This document shows positions 45,748 to 56,205 of a stretch of 59,728 bases of DNA, piece by piece. The notes under the pieces are model-generated. The model worked only from the letters and a program-made list of their open reading frames with translations, ran no database searches and had not been told where the DNA came from. The position numbers were made by a program, and so were the translations under genes. This DNA comes from a virus. Taxonomy: Duplodnaviria; Caudoviricetes. Numbering within the stretch: the first letter of the stretch is position 1; every line of letters begins with the position of its first letter. The stretch is from positions 1 through 59,728 of the IMG/VR virus record IMGVR_UViG_3300046028_010391; one strand, 5' to 3'.

Positions 45748-48350
45748 TGTACCAATCCATCTACTACGATAGAGAGGAATACCAGTACTATTTAAGAGAT
45801 GACAAAAGGGGTTGGAAGGTATTTAATTACCAACCAACCCACTATGTTGCTGATCCTGACGGTGAACTAGAAACTCTTGATGGCACTAGAGTATCGCCCA
45901 TCAAAAAGATTGATTGGAAAGATCCTAAATATTATGAAAAGGATGTAGATAAAAATACTAGAGTATTAGTAGATTTTTATTACGAATCAGATGATACTCC
46001 AACTCATCATAATTTAGTTTATCTTGATATCGAGTGTGAAATTGCTGGAGCACTTACCCCCGAAAACATTAAGGATCCTAAAGGTAAAATTACATCTGTA
46101 GCTTTATATGATAACAATAGTAAAAAATATTACTGTTTGTTATTAGATGAAAAGAAATCATTTAAAGATGTAATCGAAGAAAATAAAGAAGTTATCCCAT
46201 ATGCTTCTGAAAAAGACTTACTTAACGGATTTCTTGATCTATGGATTAAATTAGATCCTACTATCATTTCAGGATGGAATAGTGAATTCTTTGATATTCC
46301 TTATTTATACTATCGTATTTCTAAAGTATTAAGTGAAGATTTAGCCCAATACTTATCTCCTATTCGTAAAGTTAAACCTACAGTAATGTTTGATGCTGGG
46401 GCAATGACTGAATTTGTAGTTGTAGGTGGTATTAATCACTTGGATTACATGAACTTGTTTAAAAAGTTTATTACTAAACAAGAGCCAAGTTATGCGTTAG
46501 GTAATATTGGAGAGAAGTATGTTAAATTAGGTAAAATTGACTATAAAGGATCACTTGACAGACTATTCCAGGAAGATATAGAAAAATTTATTGAATATAA
46601 CCTTCGAGACGTTGAAATTATTGTTGAGCTAGAAAAATCACTTAAGTTTATTGATTTAACAGTTACAATTTCTCATTTATGTCATACAACTTACGAGTCA
46701 ATTTATTATTCAACAGTATTGAATGATGGAGCTATTTTAACTTATCTAAAACGTAAAGGAATTGTATCTCCTAATAAACCTACTACATATAATCCTGCAC
46801 TTAAAGAAATTAAGGAAGAATATGCTGGAGGTTATTTAAAAGATCCGGTACCTGGTCTGTATGAATGGGTTATTGACCTCGATTTTACTTCGTTATATCC
46901 ATCAATTATTCGCTCTCTCAATATGGGTATTGAAACATTAGTAGGACGCGTTGTAAACCGCGATAAATTCGATAATCAATGGTCTTTGCGCGAGTTAAAG
47001 GCAATGGATCCTAATAAAGTAATCGAAATTGAAAAAGTAAAACGAGATAGATCATTAGTTCGTTCTGAAGTTAAAGTAAAAGATATTATAGAATTAATAG
47101 AAGAAAGTAATCTAATAATCTCAGCACCTGGAGTAATATTCCGTAAGGATAAATCAAGTGTTGTATGTGAAATTTTATCTGACTGGTTTGCTAAACGTCA
47201 AGAATATAAGGCGTTAATGAAAAAAGCATATAAAGTTGATAAAGACCCGGTTATGGGAGAGTTTTATAATAAACGTCAACACGCGTATAAAATTAAATTA
47301 AACGACGTTTATGGTGTATTTGCTATTAATGGTTGGAGATACACTGATGGACATAAATTTATTAGTAAAGCTATTACACTTACTGGTCAAAGATTAACTC
47401 AAGAGTCTATTAAATTTGTTAATAAATGGATGAATGAACAACTAAATACCAAAGATGTTGATTATATTGTCACTTCAGACACAGACTCATTGTTTATTCA
47501 AGTAAAAGATCTAATTTTATCTCGTAACCCAGAATTAAAAGATGCTGATCAAGATACTATTGTAAAAGCTGTACTTGAAGTTGCTACTGAGGTACAAAAG
47601 TTAGCAAACGATAATCTACATATTTTAGTTCAAGACTTATTTAATGTTAAGTACCCTGACGAACCACATTATTTTGAATTAAAACAAGAGGTTGTACTTG
47701 ATAGAGGTTACTTTGCTGGTAAGCGTAGATATGCTCAACATATTGTAAATAAAGAAGGTGTACCTGTAGATGAATTAGATATGAAGGGTTTGGATTTGAT
47801 GAAATCGAATTTCCCTCCACTATTTAGAAAGTTTGGTGAACATATTTTAAATGAAATTATGTTTGGTACTTCTAAAGCTAGTATTGATAAGCAAGTCCTT
47901 GAATTTAGAGAATCACTTAGAACAGTTGGTTGGGAACAAATTATGAAACCTACTGGATTAAAGAAAATGAGTGAATATATCGCTTCAGGCCCTACAGCAG
48001 GTGAAATATTTTCTAAATTAGGTTTAAAATGTCCTATTAATACTAAAGCAGCTATCTACTATAATGACCTACTTCGTTTTAAAGGATTAGATAAAAAATA
48101 CCCAACATTTCAAATAGGAGATAAAATGTACATTGGATACCTAAAGGAAAATCCGTATCGTATCGATGTGATTGGTTTTAATGGATATAATGATCCTCCA
48201 GAAATTATGGAATTTATCGAAAAATATATCGATAGAGATGGATTATTTGACTCTGTTATGAAAAACAAATTAGAAGGCATATACCAAGACCTTAAATGGG
48301 GTATGCCAGTATTTAATAAAAAAATAAATAAATTCTTTATATTCGAATAA
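45747..48350 (+). CDS. Family-B DNA polymerase (gp43-like)
   Basis: Exo motifs LDIE, GWNSEFFDIPY, YNLRD. Pol motifs DFTSLYPS, KIKLNDVYG, DTDS, KRRY. Confidence 0.95.
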   Translation: MYQSIYYDREEYQYYLRDDKRGWKVFNYQPTHYVADPDGELETLDGTRVSPIKKIDWKDPKYYEKDVDKNTRVLVDFYYESDDTPTHHNLVYLDIECEIAGALTPENIKDPKGKITSVALYDNNSKKYYCLLLDEKKSFKDVIEENKEVIPYASEKDLLNGFLDLWIKLDPTIISGWNSEFFDIPYLYYRISKVLSEDLAQYLSPIRKVKPTVMFDAGAMTEFVVVGGINHLDYMNLFKKFITKQEPSYALGNIGEKYVKLGKIDYKGSLDRLFQEDIEKFIEYNLRDVEIIVELEKSLKFIDLTVTISHLCHTTYESIYYSTVLNDGAILTYLKRKGIVSPNKPTTYNPALKEIKEEYAGGYLKDPVPGLYEWVIDLDFTSLYPSIIRSLNMGIETLVGRVVNRDKFDNQWSLRELKAMDPNKVIEIEKVKRDRSLVRSEVKVKDIIELIEESNLIISAPGVIFRKDKSSVVCEILSDWFAKRQEYKALMKKAYKVDKDPVMGEFYNKRQHAYKIKLNDVYGVFAINGWRYTDGHKFISKAITLTGQRLTQESIKFVNKWMNEQLNTKDVDYIVTSDTDSLFIQVKDLILSRNPELKDADQDTIVKAVLEVATEVQKLANDNLHILVQDLFNVKYPDEPHYFELKQEVVLDRGYFAGKRRYAQHIVNKEGVPVDELDMKGLDLMKSNFPPLFRKFGEHILNEIMFGTSKASIDKQVLEFRESLRTVGWEQIMKPTGLKKMSEYIASGPTAGEIFSKLGLKCPINTKAAIYYNDLLRFKGLDKKYPTFQIGDKMYIGYLKENPYRIDVIGFNGYNDPPEIMEFIEKYIDRDGLFDSVMKNKLEGIYQDLKWGMPVFNKKINKFFIFE

Positions 48351-48353
48351 GTT

Positions 48354-49094
48354 ATGATTAATAAACTAGATTTAACTTCAGTTATTTCAAAATACTACCT
48401 AAATGGTATGGTAGAAGCAGTTAAATGGGATATCCATGATGAAAATATGGTTATCAAATTTAATGCACCTACAAAAGATATGATTGGTCGTGTTGAATTT
48501 AAAGGAATGCCTCTTGAAGATTCAACTATTGCCATTAGTAATACTACTCAATTAAATAAATTAATTGGTATTACAAGTGGTTATTTAGAATTGAAATATG
48601 AAAAAATTAATAAATTTATTACTAAATTAATTATTGCTGATAATCAATTTACTCTTAATTATGCTCTAGCGGATACAATGATTATCCCTAAAGCCGGTGA
48701 ATTAGGAGATATTGGTGAATGGAATATTGAAGCACCTTTAGATAATGAAAGTATTAATGCTATTGTTAGAGCAAAATCAGCATTAGCTGAAAGTGAAACA
48801 GTAGTTATTAAACCACACGAAAATGCTGATGGTGAATTTCAAATTGAAATGCAATTTGGTGGTAATGTAGAACATGCTAATAAAGTATCATTCTATATCC
48901 CCAATGCTCAAACTAATGAGCTACCAGATGACTTTAAAGAACATTACAATTCAAATATGATTAAAGAAATTATGTATTGTAATAAGGATATGGTAGGAGG
49001 TAGTATTAGTATTAATTTAGAAGGTATTATGAAATTAGAATTTGAAAACGATTCAGTAAAAAGTATTTACTATCTAGTATCAAAAGAAATCTAG
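48354..49094 (+). CDS. Sliding clamp (gp45-like)
   Basis: 246 aa directly after PolB. C-terminal GIMKLEF...SIYYLV. Confidence 0.65.
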   Translation: MINKLDLTSVISKYYLNGMVEAVKWDIHDENMVIKFNAPTKDMIGRVEFKGMPLEDSTIAISNTTQLNKLIGITSGYLELKYEKINKFITKLIIADNQFTLNYALADTMIIPKAGELGDIGEWNIEAPLDNESINAIVRAKSALAESETVVIKPHENADGEFQIEMQFGGNVEHANKVSFYIPNAQTNELPDDFKEHYNSNMIKEIMYCNKDMVGGSISINLEGIMKLEFENDSVKSIYYLVSKEI

Positions 49095-49144
49095 TAGTAT
49101 ATGTATAATCATATATTAAGTTATTAAAAAATTAAACCTTAGGG

Positions 49145-49173
49145 TTGGTTATATTAAAAAAAGTTCGTATATT
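49145..49173 (+). promoter_or_regulatory. Promoter TTGG-N19-TATATT
   Basis: Intergenic, upstream of the chaperonin operon. Confidence 0.7.
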
Positions 49174-49190
49174 AACGGAAATAAAAAGTT

Positions 49191-49505
49191 ATGGCTAAAG
49201 AAGAATTCTCATCTCTCACAATCATTCGTGACCCCAAAATTGAACCTTATTTTATAGGTAAGGATTCGTACTGTTACACTATCTATGAAACTGTTACTCC
49301 AGATACTAAGTATACTGAAGACAACAAACCTGGTAAAGAATATACCAAGTCACTAGGTCATTACAGTAATTTTGGAAATTGTCTTAAAGTAATTGCTCGT
49401 TTGAAAACGGATGATAAACAAAATTACGGTTCGATTCAAGATTACCTCGAAACGTATTCACAAACAGAAAATCTTATTAATCAATTAGTTAAAGTTAAAA
49501 TTTAA
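49191..49505 (+). CDS. Hypothetical protein
   Basis: GTTATG start. Confidence 0.7.
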   Translation: MAKEEFSSLTIIRDPKIEPYFIGKDSYCYTIYETVTPDTKYTEDNKPGKEYTKSLGHYSNFGNCLKVIARLKTDDKQNYGSIQDYLETYSQTENLINQLVKVKI

Positions 49506-49507
49506 AT

Positions 49508-51414
<1,907 letters not shown>

Positions 51415-51425
51415 ATTTAGGTAGT

Positions 51426-51614
51426 ATGCAGGACGCAGTAGGTCTCATAGGCACAGTAGTACAAATTAAAGAAGTTAACTACAGAATCAAAGAATTTTAC
51501 TTTGTACCTGGAACTAATTATTTGTATGTCGGTTTAACCCATGATGAAATTACAACAGTAAACTGGAGTTATGAGAACCTACTGCCCTACCTAATTGAAC
51601 AAATAAAGTTATGA
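51426..51614 (+). CDS. Hypothetical protein
   Basis: Packed ORF. Confidence 0.55.
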   Translation: MQDAVGLIGTVVQIKEVNYRIKEFYFVPGTNYLYVGLTHDEITTVNWSYENLLPYLIEQIKL

Positions 51615-51871
51615 AAACAGAAATCCAAGAAAAATTAATTGAATTTGCTCAACGTGTCCCTCCTGGTGATCGTTGGCAAGTAATGCATGTTAATACTGTT
51701 CAAAATGGTTTAACAGAAGCATTAGAAGCTTATTATCAAGCCGTAGTTACAAAACCTCAAGCATTTCGTTTAGATTTGGCTCAAGGAAAACTTTATGGTA
51801 TCTTCAACAATGAAGTAGAAGTTAAAGAACCAGAACCAAAGAAATATAACATTTATGGGGAACTCGAGTAA
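51611..51871 (+). CDS. Hypothetical protein
   Basis: GTTATG start. RVPPGDRW motif. Confidence 0.65.
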   Translation: MKTEIQEKLIEFAQRVPPGDRWQVMHVNTVQNGLTEALEAYYQAVVTKPQAFRLDLAQGKLYGIFNNEVEVKEPEPKKYNIYGELE

Positions 51872-52796
51872 GAAAGCACATACACTTTGGGTTGAGAAAT
51901 ATCGTAGTTCTAACCTAGATTCGTATGTTGGAAATGAAAATATCAAAAAAACAATCCAACAATATCTAGATCAAAATGACATTCAAAATTTTATTTTCTA
52001 TGGTCCAGCTGGCACTGGCAAAACTACTCTTGCTAAGCTCATTGTTAATAATCTTGATTGCGATTATCTCTATATTAACGCTTCCGATGAGCGTGGTATT
52101 GAAACTATTAGAGATAAGGTACAAGGTTTCGCGTCTGTCGCATCTTTTAAGCCGCTCAAAGTTATCATCTTGGACGAGGCTGATTTCCTTACTATACAAG
52201 CTCAAGCATCGCTCCGAAATATAATTGAAACATTTTCACGTACAACACGTTTTATTTTAACTTGTAATTTTGTTGAACGTATTATTGATCCACTTCAATC
52301 ACGTTGTCAAGTACTTAAAATTGTACCTCCTTCAAAATCTGATATTGCAAAACACGTAGCTGGTATTTTAGAACAAGAAGAAGTTGAATACGAAATTGAT
52401 AATTTAAAAATTGTTGTAAATCAGTTTTATCCTGATCTTCGTAAAATGCTTAACACATTTCAAATGAGTGTTAAGGATAATAAGATAGTAATTGATAAAT
52501 CAGTACTTGTTTCAAATAGTTATATGAATCAGGTATTAAAAGAATTACAACAGAAATCACCTAACTGGAGAACTATTCGACAAATTATTGCCGATTCAAA
52601 TTCTAGCGATTTTGACGAGTTATATAAGTTTCTATATGATTCATCAAGCGAATTCGCCCCAGGCAATGAAGGTATGGTAGCTATTTATATAAACGAATAT
52701 TCTTACCAATCACAATTTCGTATTGATAAAGAGATTAATTGCATGGCTTTAATTTCTCGTTTGATTGAATTAGCTAAACCACAACTACTTAAATGA
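51855..52796 (+). CDS. Clamp loader large subunit (gp44/RFC-like AAA+)
   Basis: WVEKYR, GPAGTGKTT, INASDERGI, ILDEAD, LQSRC. Confidence 0.95.
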   Translation: MGNSSKKAHTLWVEKYRSSNLDSYVGNENIKKTIQQYLDQNDIQNFIFYGPAGTGKTTLAKLIVNNLDCDYLYINASDERGIETIRDKVQGFASVASFKPLKVIILDEADFLTIQAQASLRNIIETFSRTTRFILTCNFVERIIDPLQSRCQVLKIVPPSKSDIAKHVAGILEQEEVEYEIDNLKIVVNQFYPDLRKMLNTFQMSVKDNKIVIDKSVLVSNSYMNQVLKELQQKSPNWRTIRQIIADSNSSDFDELYKFLYDSSSEFAPGNEGMVAIYINEYSYQSQFRIDKEINCMALISRLIELAKPQLLK

Positions 52797-53197
52797 TGGA
52801 TCTAATTTCAACTCACCCCGTTAAAAAACTCGATTTAGGGTTTCATGGAAACTTATTTGGTGGAAAACTATTAAGTTGGATTGATGCTGCTGTTGCTGCT
52901 TATGCTATGGAAAAATGCCATAGTAAAAATATGATCACAGTAGCTATTGATAAATGTGTATTCGAAAAACCAGCTAAAGAAGGTAATTTGATTAAAATAT
53001 ACGCTTGTATGTCTAAAATAGGAACAACATCAGCTACTTTTAATGTAGAAGCTAGAACATACAATGTGTTTAGAGGTGATGAAGAAGTTGTTTTAAAAAC
53101 TCACATGACATTTGTTAGAGTAGACGATGAAGGAACACCAATTCCAGTCTCAGAACAAGTAAAACGTTTATTTAAAACACCAGACTCAAAATTGTGA
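52793..53197 (+). CDS. HotDog-fold acyl-CoA thioesterase
   Basis: HGNLFGGKLLSWID, IGTTS, TFVRVD. Confidence 0.85.
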   Translation: MMDLISTHPVKKLDLGFHGNLFGGKLLSWIDAAVAAYAMEKCHSKNMITVAIDKCVFEKPAKEGNLIKIYACMSKIGTTSATFNVEARTYNVFRGDEEVVLKTHMTFVRVDDEGTPIPVSEQVKRLFKTPDSKL

Positions 53198-53406
53198 GAC
53201 ATTTCATAGTATATCTTTTAACTTGGATATCAAGTAACTTGTCCATACCGTTCTGGATGATAGGACATGTTCATTTAACTATGAATGTATACCAAGACAT
53301 ACATGAAATCCTTATGTCATTTGGTATGAATATTATTGTAGCAATAGGATTTTACTTAGATTATAAAAAATATAAAAATGAGCAAACAACAACAAATGAA
53401 TCTTAA
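53194..53406 (+). CDS. Small membrane protein
   Basis: Two hydrophobic stretches. GTG start. Confidence 0.55.
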   Translation: MRHFIVYLLTWISSNLSIPFWMIGHVHLTMNVYQDIHEILMSFGMNIIVAIGFYLDYKKYKNEQTTTNES

Positions 53407-53623
53407 TATTGATATTAAGAACACTCGCCCCGTATTGTCACCTGAAGGCAATGCTGTATTTCAAGAAGGTGTAATCCTTCGTAAAGTATCTCGTTTTGTA
53501 ACTGGTACTTCTGAAGATGGAATTATTCCTGTTCCCTGTTTTTTTGATGTAGTTACTGGTAAAGTATTAGTAGAATTGCTTCCTAAAGAACTAAGAGACG
53601 AGTTCAGTGATGAAAATATTTGA
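53378..53623 (+). CDS. Hypothetical phage protein
   Basis: LRKVSRFVTGT motif. Packed with clamp loader genes. Confidence 0.65.
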   Translation: MSKQQQMNLNIDIKNTRPVLSPEGNAVFQEGVILRKVSRFVTGTSEDGIIPVPCFFDVVTGKVLVELLPKELRDEFSDENI

Positions 53624-54032
53624 TTGGCTTGATCAGATAACATACCATAAAAAATCTTGGGAAGATTTTACCGAAGATCAACAAGAATCGTTTAATTCTT
53701 ACATGGTTCACCGGTTTTTGAGTATGTATGAGGGATATATTGATATCACAAATGTTGTGCAAAAATTTCCTCTTACTGAAAAAAAACTAATATATAATAC
53801 CTACCGTTCCATGATCCCAAAGAAAAAAATGTTTCTGAAGTACATCAAATCCTCCAAGAAAAAAACACCACAAACTGTGTTAGAACACGTTGCAAATTAT
53901 TTTACTATCTCCCTTGGAGAAGCCGAAGAATATACTTATATTCTCCGAAAAGAAGGTGTTCATGCAATTTTGTTTGAACAAGGAGTACAAGAAAAAGAAA
54001 TAAATAAGTTATTAAAAGATTTAGTTTTATGA
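53610..54032 (+). CDS. Clamp loader small subunit (gp62-like)
   Basis: IFDWLDQI...FNSYMVHRFLSM...FLKYIK. Near the gp44-like gene. Confidence 0.7.
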   Translation: MKIFDWLDQITYHKKSWEDFTEDQQESFNSYMVHRFLSMYEGYIDITNVVQKFPLTEKKLIYNTYRSMIPKKKMFLKYIKSSKKKTPQTVLEHVANYFTISLGEAEEYTYILRKEGVHAILFEQGVQEKEINKLLKDLVL

Positions 54033-54406
54033 TCACAGAAAATACAGGTTACGATTATACTGGAACTCAAAAAGCAATTACGGATTTTGAAAAAACATAT
54101 CCTACACTTGCTGAGGCATTTAAAGAAACACAAAAAGAACAATACGAACTTTTTGCTCAAAAAATGATGGATTATGGTTTGAGTAATATTGCTCTTGGTT
54201 CACCACTTGAAGATGCTGAAGATATTAATCTATCGTTGACTGGTATTTGGTTGCGTTGTAATGACAAAATAAACCGCTTAAAAAACATGTTAAAGCGTAA
54301 AGGTCGTAATTACGTTCAAGACGAACCAATGATCGATAGTTTTATTGACATTTCTAACTACGGCATTATCGCTCAGTTAGTAATGAAGGGTAAATGGAAA
54401 AAATAA
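54029..54406 (+). CDS. DUF1599 / nucleotide-modification-associated domain 1-like protein
   Basis: KMMDYG, RCNDKINRL, DSFIDISNYGII. Confidence 0.75.
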   Translation: MITENTGYDYTGTQKAITDFEKTYPTLAEAFKETQKEQYELFAQKMMDYGLSNIALGSPLEDAEDINLSLTGIWLRCNDKINRLKNMLKRKGRNYVQDEPMIDSFIDISNYGIIAQLVMKGKWKK

Positions 54407-54996
54407 AATTTAGTTTTGTTATACCTTGCTGGGAGCAGACACATTTATTAAAGTGTTTGCTTCAAAGCATTTGGTGTCAAACTTATACTAATTGGGAAGT
54501 TATTTTAGTACATGATGGTCCAAATCCCTCACACGAAAAAGCTTTAGGAGACCTAATAGGTAATTCTAGATTCAAATATACAAATACAGAAGTAAGATAT
54601 GGTTATTGGGGTCACTACGGTAGAGAAGTGGGTACTCAATTAGCAACAGGTGATTGGATTATTCATACAAATGATGATAATTACTTTATGCCTATTCTCC
54701 TCGAAGAAATCAATTCAGAAATCATTAGGAATCCTGAAGCTAATTTCGTATATTGGGAGATGATTTTAGGAAAATATAGCAATGTTCATAGTCATAATAA
54801 AAAAGATTATGGACATTTTGTTCCTAAAATTAAACACAGTTATATTGATTGGGGCCAATTTGCAACAAAAAGTGAAGTTATAAAAAAATATTCAATAAAT
54901 AAACACGAGGCAGCAGCTGATGGAACATTAGTAGAAAATATGAAACACGAGTTAAATCCTGTTTTTATTGACAAGTGTTTATTTGTACACAATTAA
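54394..54996 (+). CDS. Glycosyltransferase family 2
   Basis: FSFVIP, QTYTNWEVILVHDG, HTNDDNY. Confidence 0.85.
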   Translation: MEKIKFSFVIPCWEQTHLLKCLLQSIWCQTYTNWEVILVHDGPNPSHEKALGDLIGNSRFKYTNTEVRYGYWGHYGREVGTQLATGDWIIHTNDDNYFMPILLEEINSEIIRNPEANFVYWEMILGKYSNVHSHNKKDYGHFVPKIKHSYIDWGQFATKSEVIKKYSINKHEAAADGTLVENMKHELNPVFIDKCLFVHN

Positions 54997-54999
54997 GTT

Positions 55000-55953
55000 T
55001 TGGCTAAAAAGAAAAAAATACCACAAATAGTAAAGCAGATTAAAAATCAACCTTTACGAGAAATGAATTATGCCTTTGAAAAGGCAGTTTCATATAGTCA
55101 ATTTTCTGTGTTTCAAAGTTGCCCTCGCAAATGGTCTTTACAGTATAGAGACGGTCATTACACGTCTGAACAATCGATTCACATGACCTTCGGGACGGCG
55201 TTACATGAGGCAATACAACATTATATAACAACTATATACGAGGTTAGTGGTGCTGCAGCAGACCGGATTGATTTAAAAGAATATTTTGAAGAACGATTCA
55301 GAGAAACTTATTTAAAAGATTACAAATCAAATAATAATACTCATTTTAGTAACTCAATTGAAATGAATGAGTTTTTTGAAGATGGTTTATCTATTTTAGA
55401 TTTTTTAAAGAAAAGACGAAATGGATATTTTGGAAAAAAAGGTTGGCATCTAATAGGATGTGAGTTACCTCTTATGGTTAATCCTAATCCTCAATATCCA
55501 AACATTTTATATAAAGGGTATTTAGACGTAGTATTATACAATGAAACTTTCAATAAGATTAAGATCCTTGATATTAAAACTTCTACTAAAGGTTGGAGTG
55601 ATAAGGAAAAGAAGGATGAAGTAAAACAATTTCAATTAATTCTTTATAAGAAATTCTTTGCTCAACAATTTAACGTTCCTGTAGATGATATTGAAATAGA
55701 ATTCTTTATTGTAAAACGTAAAATCTGGGAAAATAGTGATTTCCCAATCCCACGAATACAAGAATTTAAACCAGCTTCAGGTAAAGTAAAATTAAATAAA
55801 GCATATAATGCTATTAATGAATTTATTGGAGAAGTATTTAATGCCGATGGTTCTCATAATTCCAGAAACCATCACCCACAACCTTCAGCACATAATTGTA
55901 GGTTCTGTCCTTTTAAAAATAATAAAGAGCTTTGCGATAAGGGATTAACTTAA
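55000..55953 (+). CDS. PD-(D/E)XK Cas4/AddB-like exonuclease
   Basis: SYSQ...CPRKW, FGTALHE, GYLD, ILDIKT, QLILY, C-terminal CRFCPF...C. TTG start. Confidence 0.85.
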   Translation: MAKKKKIPQIVKQIKNQPLREMNYAFEKAVSYSQFSVFQSCPRKWSLQYRDGHYTSEQSIHMTFGTALHEAIQHYITTIYEVSGAAADRIDLKEYFEERFRETYLKDYKSNNNTHFSNSIEMNEFFEDGLSILDFLKKRRNGYFGKKGWHLIGCELPLMVNPNPQYPNILYKGYLDVVLYNETFNKIKILDIKTSTKGWSDKEKKDEVKQFQLILYKKFFAQQFNVPVDDIEIEFFIVKRKIWENSDFPIPRIQEFKPASGKVKLNKAYNAINEFIGEVFNADGSHNSRNHHPQPSAHNCRFCPFKNNKELCDKGLT

Positions 55954-55965
55954 GGATCTCTTTAT

Positions 55966-55974
55966 ATATTTATA
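55966..55974 (+). promoter_or_regulatory. Putative late promoter ATATTTATA
   Basis: Upstream of the RHH and glycosyltransferase genes. Confidence 0.6.
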
Positions 55975-55998
55975 TATGATAATTAAATAATAAAAGCT

Positions 55999-56184
55999 AT
56001 GAGTAAAAAAGATATGACACTAACCTCTGTTAAAGTACAGAGCGAGTTGTTTGAGAATTTTAAAATCTCTTGCGTAAAATACAAATTTTCCCTACAAAAG
56101 CTTGCTGATCGAGCTATTCATTTGTATCTTACCGATGACGATTTTAGAAAAAAAATTCACAATCACAACAACCTAGACGTTTAA
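55999..56184 (+). CDS. Ribbon-helix-helix-like DNA-binding protein
   Basis: LTSVKV strand followed by two helices (ELFENFK, SLQKLADRAIHLY). Confidence 0.55.
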   Translation: MSKKDMTLTSVKVQSELFENFKISCVKYKFSLQKLADRAIHLYLTDDDFRKKIHNHNNLDV

Positions 56185-56205
56185 AAAAACAACAAATTTA
56201 GTTAC

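Noticed and set aside
49135-49146. Short hairpin AACC-TTAG-GGTT upstream of the chaperonin operon as a CIRCE or RNA element
   Set aside because: Only a 4-bp stem and no match to CIRCE (TTAGCACTC-N9-GAGTGCTAA).
55000-55953. Cas4 as part of a CRISPR-Cas system
   Set aside because: No cas1/cas2 or array. Stand-alone Cas4-like nucleases are common in phages.
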